A stretch of DNA of 64,000 bases from the NCBI GenBank assembly GCA_964291625.2, contig OZ220089.1, positions 2,592,001 through 2,656,000 on the forward strand, written 5' to 3'. The notes under the pieces are model-generated. The model was not told the DNA's origin. It saw only the letters and a list, made by a program, of their open reading frames with translations, and searched no databases. Below are positions 9,553 through 24,616 of this stretch, piece by piece (position 1 is the stretch's first letter; each line of letters opens with the position of its first letter). The DNA is from Candidatus Latescibacterota bacterium (lineage in GTDB: Bacteria > Latescibacterota > UBA2968 > UBA8231). Made by a program: the position numbers and the translations under genes.

Positions 9553-10578
9553 CTATTGCGGAGGGGCGCGCTCCACCGCGTCCACGGCGTCGGTGAGCAA
9601 TTCGGCGCCGCCCGGGCTGCAGGGGTCGGCGGTGGGCAGGCCGGTCTCGTCCTCGGCGGCGCGCAGGGCGCGCTCGGCGGCCGCACCGTCGAGGGAGGAT
9701 GTGTTCAGCGACAGGCCGATGACCCGGCAGGCGGGGTTGGTGAGCCGGCCGCAGCTCTCGTTGAGGGCGATGCACTCCCGCAGTGTCGGCAGGGGTGCGT
9801 GGGGCAGGCCGCGCATGTGCCGGCGCGTGGGCTCGTGACAGAGGACGAGGGCGTCCGCCATCGAGCCGTGCAGCAGGCCGAGAGAGACGCCGGCGTACGA
9901 GGGGTGGAAGAGCGACCCCTGGCCCTCCACCAGGTCCCAGTGGTCGTCGTCGTTGGCCGGGGTCAGGGACTCGGTGGCGCCGGCGATGAAGTCGGAGATG
10001 ACGGCATCCACGGCGATGCCGCCGCCGGCGATGAGGATCCCCGTCTGACCGGTGGCCCGGAAGGTCGCCTTGCGCCCCCGCGCCGAAAGCTCCCGCTCGA
10101 TGGCCAGGGCCGTGAACATCTTGCCGCAGGAGCAGTCGGTGCCCACAGTGAGCAGGCGGCGCCCGCTGCGCGGCTTCCCGTGGCCGACCTCCAGCTCCAC
10201 CTCGGGATAGCGGACGTCGAAGAGGCCGCGCCCGAGGGCGTCGGCCCGTTCGGCCAGCCGGGGGATCCGGCGCAGGCGGTCGTGCAGGCCGCTGGCGATG
10301 TCGTAGCCCAGGTCGAGGGCGGCGAGCAGCGTCTCCATCCACAGGTCGGAGATCTCGCCACCCCGGTTGGCGACGCCCACGATGAGGGTGCGGGCGCCGG
10401 CGCGGCGCCCCTGCTCGAGGGTCAGGTCGGGCTGGCCGACGTCGGCGTGGCACCCCGGCAGGCGCAGCTGGCCAACGCACCGGTCCGGGCGCCAGCGCGC
10501 CACGCCGTCGGCGGTCTTGGCGGCCAGTTGGTCGGCAGCGTCGCCGAGGAAGAGCAGATAAGGGGGTTCGATCCGCAT
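9553..10578 (-). CDS. dgcN: DUF1611 family / D-glutamate N-acetyltransferase DgcN
   Basis: 'PPYLLFLGDA', 'VGTDCSCGKMFTAL', 'FRATGQTG' and 'VEGQGSLFHPSYAGVSLGLLHGS'. Confidence 0.88.
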   Translation of the reverse strand: MRIEPPYLLFLGDAADQLAAKTADGVARWRPDRCVGQLRLPGCHADVGQPDLTLEQGRRAGARTLIVGVANRGGEISDLWMETLLAALDLGYDIASGLHDRLRRIPRLAERADALGRGLFDVRYPEVELEVGHGKPRSGRRLLTVGTDCSCGKMFTALAIERELSARGRKATFRATGQTGILIAGGGIAVDAVISDFIAGATESLTPANDDDHWDLVEGQGSLFHPSYAGVSLGLLHGSMADALVLCHEPTRRHMRGLPHAPLPTLRECIALNESCGRLTNPACRVIGLSLNTSSLDGAAAERALRAAEDETGLPTADPCSPGGAELLTDAVDAVERAPPQ

Positions 10579-10655
10579 GGCGGGCGCAACCTAACCGGCG
10601 ATCTCGCCGCCGGTCAAGGCGCTCTATATTCCTGCAAGGAAAGGGAGAACCGCCA

Positions 10656-11093
10656 ATGGCCGAGATCAAGGTAACCTGCCCGGAGTGCGGCAAGCAGGTC
10701 TCGCTGCGTGGCCTCAACGGGCACTTGCGCTTCGAGCACGAGTACCCCCTCGAGAAGGCCCGGAGCGTGGCCGCCGGTATCCACGTCGACGGCATGCTGA
10801 ACAACCTGGAGCAGGAGGTCATGGATCTCGTACGGCGGCTGTACGAGCTGAAGCAGGACGCGGAGAAACTCAGGCAGGCCCGCGCCGAGGGGCTGATCGG
10901 CGAGCAGCTCTACGAGCGCCTGGTGAGCCAGAAGGGGCAGGAGATGACCGCCGTCGGCCGCTACCTGCAACGCCTCGAGCAGAGCTGGGCCGAACGCGTC
11001 GAGCGGGTCACCGGCATCCGGCCGCCGATCGACCTGAAGGACGAAGTGACCATCGCCGACCTGCTGGCCAAAGGGGAGAGGAACCCGGGATGA
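10656..11093 (+). CDS. Small protein with an N-terminal C2H2-like zinc finger and a coiled coil
   Basis: CPEC-x11-H-x4-H followed by amphipathic helices. Purine-rich RBS (aagggaga) upstream; the stop overlaps the next ATG (ATGA). Confidence 0.75.
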   Translation: MAEIKVTCPECGKQVSLRGLNGHLRFEHEYPLEKARSVAAGIHVDGMLNNLEQEVMDLVRRLYELKQDAEKLRQARAEGLIGEQLYERLVSQKGQEMTAVGRYLQRLEQSWAERVERVTGIRPPIDLKDEVTIADLLAKGERNPG

Positions 11094-12475
11094 AAATCTG
11101 GATGGACGTGATGCGGGACCTGGAGCACCTGATCGAGGCTCCGGAGCCGATCCTCGACGCCTGGAAGGCGGGGGGCGTCGACGGGCTCGTCATCGGCCCC
11201 CTGGTGTTCCACGCGGGCAAGCTGGCCATCGGCCACGACCGGGGACGTTCGATCGAGCCGGCCCCGGGCACTCCGCCCCCCACTCTGACCTACGATCCCG
11301 ACCCGGCGGTGTACGAGCGCTTCGGCGTGCCGGCGCCGGGCGCCCCCGAGGACATGCCCGAGGCGCGCGCCCGCCTGGCCCACACCTTCCGCGCCGCCAA
11401 GGAGCGCGGCCTCTCGGTCTGGATCTTCCAGGCCCAGACCGGCGCCGGGGGCGGGGGCGGGGGACACCACCTTCACGACGAGACCGGCATGGCCGCCACC
11501 TGCGCCCGCATCGTCGACACCCTGGAGCACTATCCGGAGGCCGACGGCGCCATCATGGACGGCCCCGAGTGGGGCTACGAGATCGCCCCCCACCACATGG
11601 GCGGGCGCTCGTCGATCTTCACCGATCTGGCCGCGGGCGCCGAGCCCATGTGCACGGATCTGGGGTACGACTACGGGGCCCTGTGCGCCGCGCGGGACCG
11701 GCTGTCCGAGCGTCTGCACAACCTCGACCCTCGCCAGGTGGCCCTCCACGGGCCGGGGGGTTTCCTCGGCGGCTACCACCTGCTCGGCGCCGATCCCGAC
11801 CTGGCCGCCTGGATGAGCTTCCGCAGCGAGTCCCTCACCCGCTACTTCCGGCGCATCGCCGACGGCGTCCGCCAGGGGGCATCCCGCCCCGTGAAGTTCG
11901 GCGTCGGACCGAGATCGGCGGCCTTCGCGCCCCTGTGCGGGTACGACTTCGCCGCCCTCGCCGGCGTCCTCGACCTGCTCCTGCCCAAGCACTACTTCTG
12001 GCACCGCGGCTTCGACGGGCTCGTGGGCACGGTGGCGCGCTGGGTGGAGACCTTGTGCCTATGGAACCCGGGCCTGAGCGAGGGCGACGGGCTGACCGTC
12101 GTGGAGGCCCTCTTCGGACTCGTGCTCCCCGGCGTCGAGCGGCTGGGGGACATGGAGAGCGCCCTCACCCCCGACTTCTACGACCTCGTGGTCACGCAGG
12201 AGACCGAGCGCGCCCTGGCGGCTCTCGGAGGAGAGGGGCAGCGGCTGTGCCCGTGGGTGGACTCCGGCCGCGCCCCCCACGACGGCGATCCCATGTCGGC
12301 CGCCGATCTGCGGCGCCTGCTGGAGGCCGCGGGCGCTGCCGGGCTCGAGCGCTTCCTCTACCACCACCACGGGACCCTGACCTCGGGCGAATGGCGGGTG
12401 ATGAGCGAGATCTGCGGCGAGCCGTGGGACCCCCTGCGCAGCGACTACCTGCCCCCCGACGAGACCGTGCTCTGA
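11090..12475 (+). CDS. Hypothetical protein, probable TIM-barrel (glycoside-hydrolase-like)
   Basis: Starts MKIWMDVMRD at the ATGA overlap; 'DGAIMDGPEWGYEI', 'WMSFRSESLT' and 'LLPKHYFW'. Confidence 0.7.
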   Translation: MKIWMDVMRDLEHLIEAPEPILDAWKAGGVDGLVIGPLVFHAGKLAIGHDRGRSIEPAPGTPPPTLTYDPDPAVYERFGVPAPGAPEDMPEARARLAHTFRAAKERGLSVWIFQAQTGAGGGGGGHHLHDETGMAATCARIVDTLEHYPEADGAIMDGPEWGYEIAPHHMGGRSSIFTDLAAGAEPMCTDLGYDYGALCAARDRLSERLHNLDPRQVALHGPGGFLGGYHLLGADPDLAAWMSFRSESLTRYFRRIADGVRQGASRPVKFGVGPRSAAFAPLCGYDFAALAGVLDLLLPKHYFWHRGFDGLVGTVARWVETLCLWNPGLSEGDGLTVVEALFGLVLPGVERLGDMESALTPDFYDLVVTQETERALAALGGEGQRLCPWVDSGRAPHDGDPMSAADLRRLLEAAGAAGLERFLYHHHGTLTSGEWRVMSEICGEPWDPLRSDYLPPDETVL

Positions 12476-12482
12476 GGGTGAG

Positions 12483-13070
12483 CTACTGGCGCCGCGCCGC
12501 GGCGACCACGTGCGAGCGGCCCTGGGCGACCTTGCGGTAGTTGCCGAAGCGCTCGCCGAAGAGGCGCTTCACGTAGGCCCTCAGTCCCGCCACCGTCACC
12601 ACCCAGAGGGTCCCGCCCGGCCGCAGCCGGCGGGAGGCCTCGGCCATCCAGTGGCCGAGCAACTCGGAGCCGGCCTTGGCCGGCAGGTTGGAGGCGATCA
12701 GGTCGAAGCGCGCGTCTTCCTCGACGTGGTGAAAGCCGTTGGACAGATAGACGCGGGCGTTGCCGCAGCCGTTCGCCTCGGTGTTGCGGCGGGCGTAGCC
12801 AACGGCGACGAAGTCCTTGTCCACGAGGTCGACCCGGCCCTCGGGGGCCAGCTTCGACAGAGCGCAGCCGACGGCGCCCCAGCCGCACCCGAGATCCAGG
12901 CAGACCGCGTCGGCGGCGACCTCGATCCGGTCGAGTAGGAGGGCCGTGCCGGCGTCGATGCCGCGAGGGTGGAAGAGCCCCCAGGTGCTGACGAAACGGA
13001 AACGGTGACCGCGCAACTCGGCCTCGAAGCGGAGCTCGTGGTCTTCAGGGGCAAGGCTTGTGGCGGCCAT
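12483..13070 (-). CDS. Class I SAM-dependent methyltransferase (RsmC/MTS-like)
   Basis: 'GLFHPRGIDAGTALLL', 'LDLGCGWG' and 'IASNLP'. Confidence 0.85.
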   Translation of the reverse strand: MAATSLAPEDHELRFEAELRGHRFRFVSTWGLFHPRGIDAGTALLLDRIEVAADAVCLDLGCGWGAVGCALSKLAPEGRVDLVDKDFVAVGYARRNTEANGCGNARVYLSNGFHHVEEDARFDLIASNLPAKAGSELLGHWMAEASRRLRPGGTLWVVTVAGLRAYVKRLFGERFGNYRKVAQGRSHVVAAARRQ

Positions 13071-13095
13071 GGGGCTCCGTAATATGAGCCGCGGA

Positions 13096-13731
13096 ATGCA
13101 AATCGAGAACCACCGTCTCGTGGGCGCGCATCAGGTGCCGTCGCCGAACCACGGGGGGCCCTTCGGACCCGGCGCGCCCGACACCCTGATCCTCCACTTC
13201 ACGGCCTGCGACGACGCCGATCTCGCCGTTCGCGTCCTCACCGACCCCACCTCCGGCCGCCGCGTCTCCGCCCACCTGGTGGTGGGCCGCGACGGCGAGG
13301 TGACCCAGCTCCTTCCCTTCGACACCATCGGCTGGCACGCCGGCCGGTCGGCCTGGGGAGGTCGCGAGGCGTTCAACCACATGAGCCTCGGCGTCGAGAT
13401 CGACAACTCCGGCCGGCTGGAAGAGCGCGGCGAAGGGATCCTGGTCAGCCGCCTCGGCCGCGTCTTCGCTCCCGAGGACGCCGTGCGCGCCGTGCACCGC
13501 AACGAGTCGGAGCCGGCCTGGTGGCTCCGCTACCCCCGCGAGCAACTGAATGTGGTGGAGACCCTGAGCGCCCTGCTCGTGGCCGAGTATCGGCTGCGCT
13601 GGATCCTCGGCCACGAGGAGATCGCCCCGGACCGCAAGGACGACCCCGGGCCGGCCTTCCCTCTCGACGAGCTGCGGTCGCGGATCCTGGGCGCGCCTTC
13701 GTCCGGAAGGGTCAGGCCCAGGCCCCCATAG
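13096..13731 (+). CDS. N-acetylmuramoyl-L-alanine amidase (Amidase_2, AmpD-like)
   Basis: 'LILHFTA', 'VSAHLVV', 'WHAGRS', 'SLGVEI' and 'GHEEIAPDRKDDPG'. The start could instead be 13084. Confidence 0.88.
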   Translation: MQIENHRLVGAHQVPSPNHGGPFGPGAPDTLILHFTACDDADLAVRVLTDPTSGRRVSAHLVVGRDGEVTQLLPFDTIGWHAGRSAWGGREAFNHMSLGVEIDNSGRLEERGEGILVSRLGRVFAPEDAVRAVHRNESEPAWWLRYPREQLNVVETLSALLVAEYRLRWILGHEEIAPDRKDDPGPAFPLDELRSRILGAPSSGRVRPRPP

Positions 13732-14500
13732 CCATCAGGCCGCCGTCGACGCAGACGCTCTCGCCGGTCATGAAGGAGGCCCGGTCGCTGGCCAGGAAGA
13801 GGACCGCCTCGGCGATCTCCTCCGGGCGTCCGATGCGGCCCAGGGGGTGAGCGGCGGCCATGTCGGCGCGCATGGCCGCATCGTCGCCGCCGGCCGCGGC
13901 CACGGCCTCGTCGACGAGGGGCGTGTCGATGGTGCCCGGGTTGACGGCGAGGACGCGGATGTTGTGCTCCGCGTAGTCCAGCGCCAGCTGGCGGGTGAGG
14001 GAGAGGATGCCCCCCTTGCTGGCGGCGTAGGCGGAGACTCCCCTGGCCGACTGCAGCCCCTGCACGCTCGCCGTGTTGATGATGACGCCGCCGCCGCCGG
14101 CGATCATGGGCGGCACGCAGACCCGCGTCATCAGGAAGCAGGACTTGAGATTCACGTCGAGGATGCGGTCCCACTGCTCTTCGCTCAGCTCGTGGGCGGG
14201 GCGGTAGCTGGCGATGGGCTGGATGCCGACGTTGTTGCACACCACGTCGATGCCCCCCCACTCCTCGACGGCGAAGCGGGCCAGGCCTTCGCAGTCATCG
14301 GCCAGGGCCACGTCGGCTTCCCGAAAGCGGAGCTGACCGGCGCTCCCGGCGGCGGCCGCTTCCAGCGTCTGCCCGGCGTCGGCGTCCACGTCGGCGCACA
14401 GGACCCGGGCCCCTTCGCGCGCAAAGGCGGCGCAGATGGCGCGCCCGATCCCCTTGGCCCCCCCGGTGACGATCACGTTGCGGCCATCGAAAGCTGCCAT
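13712..14500 (-). CDS. Short-chain dehydrogenase/reductase
   Basis: TGGAKGIG, NNVG, YAASK and 'NPGTIDT'. Confidence 0.9.
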   Translation of the reverse strand: MAAFDGRNVIVTGGAKGIGRAICAAFAREGARVLCADVDADAGQTLEAAAAGSAGQLRFREADVALADDCEGLARFAVEEWGGIDVVCNNVGIQPIASYRPAHELSEEQWDRILDVNLKSCFLMTRVCVPPMIAGGGGVIINTASVQGLQSARGVSAYAASKGGILSLTRQLALDYAEHNIRVLAVNPGTIDTPLVDEAVAAAGGDDAAMRADMAAAHPLGRIGRPEEIAEAVLFLASDRASFMTGESVCVDGGLMAMGAWA

Positions 14501-14502
14501 TC

Positions 14503-15288
14503 TCAGTCCTCCCTGGTCTGGTCCCGCGGAAGGTAGAGGTCGGCCGGGTCCGCGGCGGCCAGCTCCACGAGGAAGTCGGCGATCCTCCGTGTCACCCCCT
14601 CGAAGCAGCGCCGCCCCTTCTCCGGCGTCGCCGGGGCGGGATCCCCCACCCCGGTGTCGACGGTGGCCTCGATCCAGTCGCGCTGGGTCCAGGCCAGGCC
14701 GCGGCGCAGGGCCTCGACCTTGAAGACCCGCTCGTGCCCGTCTCCGGCCTCGGACAGGGGCCGCATCAGGCCGGGAGCCAGGTGCTGGATCAGGCTCGTC
14801 TCCATCTCGCCGCCGTGGTCCCCGGGCTCCTCGAACAGATCGGCGTCGATCCACCGGTACCAGTCGAGGGTGCACAGGAACATCTCGTAGCGCGGCCACA
14901 GCTCCCGGACCATCTGCCGGAAGTCGTTGGCCCCGTGCCCGTTGAGGATCACCAGCTTGGGGATGCCCTGGTGCTCGAGGACGTCGCAGACATCGGTGAG
15001 CACCGCCAGCTGGGTGGAGGGGTTCATGTTGATATCGAGCTTGACGTCGATCTGTCCGGTGTTGACGCCGAAGGGCACCGTGGGCAGGACCACGACCTTC
15101 GCGTCCCTCTCCCACGCCAGACGCGCCGCCTCGGCGGCGATGTGGTCGCACTCGATCACGTCGGTGGCGTAGGGCAGGTGGAAGTTGTGGGCCTCGGTGG
15201 CCCCCCAGGGCAGGACGACGACCTCGTAGTCGGTCGTCTCCACCTCCTTCCAGTTCGTCTCCGCCAGCACGTACGGTCGGCCGGCCAT
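14503..15288 (-). CDS. Creatininase family protein
   Basis: 'LPWGATEAHNFHLPYATD', 'LNGHGAN' and 'DHGGEMETS'. Confidence 0.9.
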   Translation of the reverse strand: MAGRPYVLAETNWKEVETTDYEVVVLPWGATEAHNFHLPYATDVIECDHIAAEAARLAWERDAKVVVLPTVPFGVNTGQIDVKLDINMNPSTQLAVLTDVCDVLEHQGIPKLVILNGHGANDFRQMVRELWPRYEMFLCTLDWYRWIDADLFEEPGDHGGEMETSLIQHLAPGLMRPLSEAGDGHERVFKVEALRRGLAWTQRDWIEATVDTGVGDPAPATPEKGRRCFEGVTRRIADFLVELAAADPADLYLPRDQTRED

Positions 15289-15338
15289 GGTCACCTCCTT
15301 TCTTGTGCCCCGCCGGGGCGATGTCGAGCTTGTGGCTC

Positions 15339-16517
15339 ATGAAGTGGGCAACGAGCGCCTCCTTCGAGGCGGACCTCGCCGGGGCCTTCGCCCAGGTCCG
15401 GGGCGACCTCGCCTCCGGCCTCGGATGGCCCCCGGACCTGCTGCTGCTTTTCCTCACCCCCCACTACCAGGACCAGATCGCGGATCTCCCGGGCCTGGTG
15501 CAGGACCCGGGGCCGGCGAGGATGCTCGGCTGCACGGCCACGGGGGTGATCGGCGGCGGGCGGGAGGTCGAGGACCGTGCCTGCCTGGCGGCCACCGCCG
15601 CCGTCCTGCCCGGAACCGCGATGACCCCCTTCCAGCTGCAGGCCGGCGATCTCCCCGATCTGGATGCCGCTCCGGAGCGCTGGCACGAGGCCCTCGGCGT
15701 CGATCCCGATCCCCCGCCCCACTTCGTGCTTCTCGCCGATCCCACGGGCCCCTCGCCCCTCGACCCGAGGCCGCTGCTGATGGGCCTCGACTTCGCCTAT
15801 CCCGGGGCGGCGAAGATCGGCGGTCTCGCCTCCGTCCTCCAGGAGAACCGGCTGATCCTCGACGGCCAGATCGTCACCGGGGGTTGTGTCGGCGTCGCTC
15901 TCCAGGGCGGGGTCGAGGTGGACACCATCGTCGCCCAGGGGTGCCGCGCCATCGGTCCGCCGATGACGGTGACCGGCTGCAGCGGCTATTTCCTGGAGGG
16001 TCTGGACGGCCGGCCGGCGGTGGAACGGCTGGTCGAGATCTACCACGAGGCGGGCGCCGAGGATCAGGAGAGGATGCAGACCTCCCTGCACATCGGCGTG
16101 GCCGCCACCGGCCTGAAGCTGGAGCTGGGGGCCGGTGACTTCCTGATCCGCAACGTCCTCCAGCTCGACCACGAGAAGGGGGTGATCGCCGTCGGCGACC
16201 GGCTCAGCAAGGGGCAGACCGTCCAGTTCCACGTGCGCGACGCGGCGGCGGCCACCCAGGACCTGGACCAGCTCCTGGCGCGCTACCGCAGCCGGCAGCC
16301 GGAGGCCGCCCCCGCCGGGGGCCTGCTGTTCACCTGCACGGGCCGCGGCCACCGCTTCTTCGGGCGGGCCGGCCACGACAGCGGCCGTCTCGAGGAGTCC
16401 CTCGGGCAGATCCCCCTGGGCGGGTTCTTCTGCGGCGGCGAGATCGGCCCGGTCGGCGATACGACCTACCTCCACGGTTACACCAGCTCCTTCGCTCTGT
16501 TCCGGCCGGCGTCCTAG
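15339..16517 (+). CDS. FIST N/C domain signal-transduction protein
   Basis: 'LGCTATGVIG', 'IGGLAS', 'VAQGCRAIG', 'LFTCTGRG' and 'GFFCGGEIGP...LHGYT'. Confidence 0.88.
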   Translation: MKWATSASFEADLAGAFAQVRGDLASGLGWPPDLLLLFLTPHYQDQIADLPGLVQDPGPARMLGCTATGVIGGGREVEDRACLAATAAVLPGTAMTPFQLQAGDLPDLDAAPERWHEALGVDPDPPPHFVLLADPTGPSPLDPRPLLMGLDFAYPGAAKIGGLASVLQENRLILDGQIVTGGCVGVALQGGVEVDTIVAQGCRAIGPPMTVTGCSGYFLEGLDGRPAVERLVEIYHEAGAEDQERMQTSLHIGVAATGLKLELGAGDFLIRNVLQLDHEKGVIAVGDRLSKGQTVQFHVRDAAAATQDLDQLLARYRSRQPEAAPAGGLLFTCTGRGHRFFGRAGHDSGRLEESLGQIPLGGFFCGGEIGPVGDTTYLHGYTSSFALFRPAS

Positions 16518-17155
16518 GCGGGACCGCCGGCCCCGGTCCTAGGCGGGATCGCCGGCCCGGCGCCGCCGTGAGACTCCGCGCGCCCGGAATCCCCTCCCAG
16601 CGGCGACCGGTGGAGCACCGAGTAGCGCGCCCCGTCGGGCCCCAGATCGCTGCGCATCAGCACCACCTCGTCGACCCGGAAGGCGAGTTCCGGTACGGCG
16701 GCTCGGGTCCAGCCAGCGCCAGGAGAGACCGACCTTCCGGGGCGGACCCGGCCGAGGGTGAGGTGGGGGCTGAAGGGCCGGCCCTCGCGCTCCCAGCCGA
16801 GCCCGGTCACGCGCTCCTCGATCCGCCTCTGCAGGGAGCGCAGGGCCGCCGTATCCGCCCCTTTGAGGCCGAGCCAGAGCACCCTCGGGCGGCGGGCGTC
16901 CGGGAAGGCGCCGAGGGGGCCCAGGGTGAGCCGGCAGGGCGGCGTGCCGGCGGTCACAACGTCCAGGGCCGCGGTCAGGGGCGCCATCCCGGTCTCCTCG
17001 GTCTCCCCCAGAAAGCGGAGGGTGAGATGCAGGCTCTCCGGCGGCACCCAGCGTACCTCCGAGCCGCGCCAGCCCCGCTTGAGGCGGTCCGTCAGCCCGG
17101 CGGCCGCGGCACGGACCTCCGGGGATGTCTCGACGGCGATGAAGGTGCGGATCAC
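16514..17155 (-). CDS. thpR: RNA 2',3'-cyclic phosphodiesterase (2H family)
   Basis: Two HxT motifs (LHLTLRFLG and FSPHLTLGR) and 'RTFIAV' at the start; GTG at 17155. Confidence 0.88.
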   Translation of the reverse strand: MIRTFIAVETSPEVRAAAAGLTDRLKRGWRGSEVRWVPPESLHLTLRFLGETEETGMAPLTAALDVVTAGTPPCRLTLGPLGAFPDARRPRVLWLGLKGADTAALRSLQRRIEERVTGLGWEREGRPFSPHLTLGRVRPGRSVSPGAGWTRAAVPELAFRVDEVVLMRSDLGPDGARYSVLHRSPLGGDSGRAESHGGAGPAIPPRTGAGGPA

Positions 17156-17172
17156 GCCGGTCCCGGGTCCGG

Positions 17173-17994
17173 TTACTCCGCGCCTTCGGCTGCCCGCCTG
17201 CAGGCGTTGAGGTAGCCGCGGCTCTCGGCGGCGATCGTGACCACCCGGGAGAGCTCGTACTCCTTTGCGCCGATGACCTCCAGGTTGACGGCGGCGTCCA
17301 GGCCGGCCTGGTGCAGGACGCGCAGGAGACCCGCCAGGTCGATGGCGCCGCGGCCGCAGGTCTGCTCCTCGGGGGGGCCTGGCGGCCCTTCGGTGGCCCT
17401 GGCGTCGGCGGGGCAGTCGCGGATGTGGACGTGGCGCACCCGGGGGATCACCGCTTCCAGGGCCTCGACCACGTCCTCGCCGCCGCCGGCGCGGTAGATG
17501 TGGCTGGGGTCGACGTCGATCCCGAAGCCGGGGGAGTCGATGGCGGCCATGGCCCTCAGGGTCGTCGGCGTGTCGTGGATCGACTGGCCCACGTGAGCCT
17601 TCACGCACAGCGCGACGCCGTGGTCGTGGGCCTTGGCGGCCAGGTCGGCGAGCAGGTCGATCTGCCGCGCCAGGTCCTCCTCGGAGCCGGCCTTGCCGCC
17701 CGGGCCGACGTTGATCACCCCGATTCCGAGATGGGCCGCTGCTTCAAAGGCGTTCAGCAGCCTGGCCTCGTCGAGGCTCGCCACCTCCATGGCTGTCAGC
17801 TCGAGGCCGTGATCCCCGGCCAGATTGCGGATGCTGTCGGCCCGGGACCGCCAGTCGTCGAGGACGAGGTGCTCGCACATGCCCCGGATGGCGGACAACT
17901 CGGCGGATTCGTACCCGGCCAGGGCGATGTGCCGCAAGGCGGTCTCGAGGTCGTATCCGGCGAAGAGAACTGTGTTGACGCCCAGCTTGATCAT
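17173..17994 (-). CDS. Sugar phosphate isomerase/epimerase (AP_endonuc_2 TIM barrel)
   Basis: 'GIDVDPSH', 'HVHIRD' and 'NLEVIG'; starts MIKLGVNT. Confidence 0.82.
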   Translation of the reverse strand: MIKLGVNTVLFAGYDLETALRHIALAGYESAELSAIRGMCEHLVLDDWRSRADSIRNLAGDHGLELTAMEVASLDEARLLNAFEAAAHLGIGVINVGPGGKAGSEEDLARQIDLLADLAAKAHDHGVALCVKAHVGQSIHDTPTTLRAMAAIDSPGFGIDVDPSHIYRAGGGEDVVEALEAVIPRVRHVHIRDCPADARATEGPPGPPEEQTCGRGAIDLAGLLRVLHQAGLDAAVNLEVIGAKEYELSRVVTIAAESRGYLNACRRAAEGAE

Positions 17995-18163
17995 CGGTCC
18001 CGGTTCGTTGGAGGTGGAGGGTGGCGGCCTGCTACGGTAAGGCCTCCACCCGGGACCGGCCACCCTCGCCGGGAAGGAATGGCCGGATGGTTGCGGGCTC
18101 GTCCCCCTCCCGTAAATTGTCACGTTTGCCCTTTTCCTCCCTTGCAGCTCCACCCGGAGGTCC

Positions 18164-23881
<5,718 letters not shown>

Positions 23882-23909
23882 CCGTGAACGGATCGCGCGG
23901 GCTCTACCC

Positions 23910-24563
23910 ATGAGCGTGATCGCCCCTCCGGGGCGGGCGTTCTTCCGCTTCGCCTTCCCTTGCCGCTACCGGGAGGATCCGCCCGTCGTCGACGGGAACC
24001 TGCGAGACTGGGACTCGTCTTATCGGGTTCCACCCCTGTTGGAGGTCGATGGGGGCTCCAGCTTCGCCGATCTGTACATGGCCTGGAGCGACGCCGGGCT
24101 GTGGTTCGCGGTGCAGGTGAAGGGCAAGCAGAGCTTCCGGATCGATCCCCGCAACCACTGGCAGGCCGACTCCTTCGAGGTATGGATCGACACCCGGGAC
24201 GTGAAGGACAGCCACCGGGCCAACCGCTATTGCCACCACTTCCTCTTCCTGCCGGGAGGCAGGGGCCGGCACGGCAGGGAGCCGATCGGCCGCCAGACGT
24301 CGATCGACCGGGCCCGGGAGCAGGCGCCGCCGTGCCCCGAGGACGCCCTGCAGGTCGGTCTGCGGCGACTGAAGCGGAGCTACCAGATGGAGGTCTTCGT
24401 GCCGGCGGAAGGGCTCAACGGCTACCGTCCCCGGGAGTTCGACCGAATCGGCTTCAACTACGTCCTCAACGATGTCGATCACGGGTCCCAGTCCTGGTCG
24501 GTCGACCGCTCTCCCCCCTTCTACTCGGACCCGAGCCGCTGGGGCACGGCGGAGTTGCGCTGA
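23910..24563 (+). CDS. Hypothetical protein, CBM9/DOMON-like sugar-binding fold
   Basis: 'PVVDGNLRDW', 'LYMAWSDAGLWFAVQV', 'DSFEVWIDT', 'IGFNYVLND' and 'PSRWG'. Confidence 0.7.
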   Translation: MSVIAPPGRAFFRFAFPCRYREDPPVVDGNLRDWDSSYRVPPLLEVDGGSSFADLYMAWSDAGLWFAVQVKGKQSFRIDPRNHWQADSFEVWIDTRDVKDSHRANRYCHHFLFLPGGRGRHGREPIGRQTSIDRAREQAPPCPEDALQVGLRRLKRSYQMEVFVPAEGLNGYRPREFDRIGFNYVLNDVDHGSQSWSVDRSPPFYSDPSRWGTAELR

Positions 24564-24616
24564 CGCCGCCCCTTGCTTTCGGCGCCTGGGCGCCCCTCGT
24601 ACCTTAGGCCGTTCTC

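Noticed and set aside
23885-23912. Second ECF-like promoter (TGAACGG...TCTA) before the CBM9-like gene
   Set aside because: The spacing between the elements is too short for an ECF promoter.
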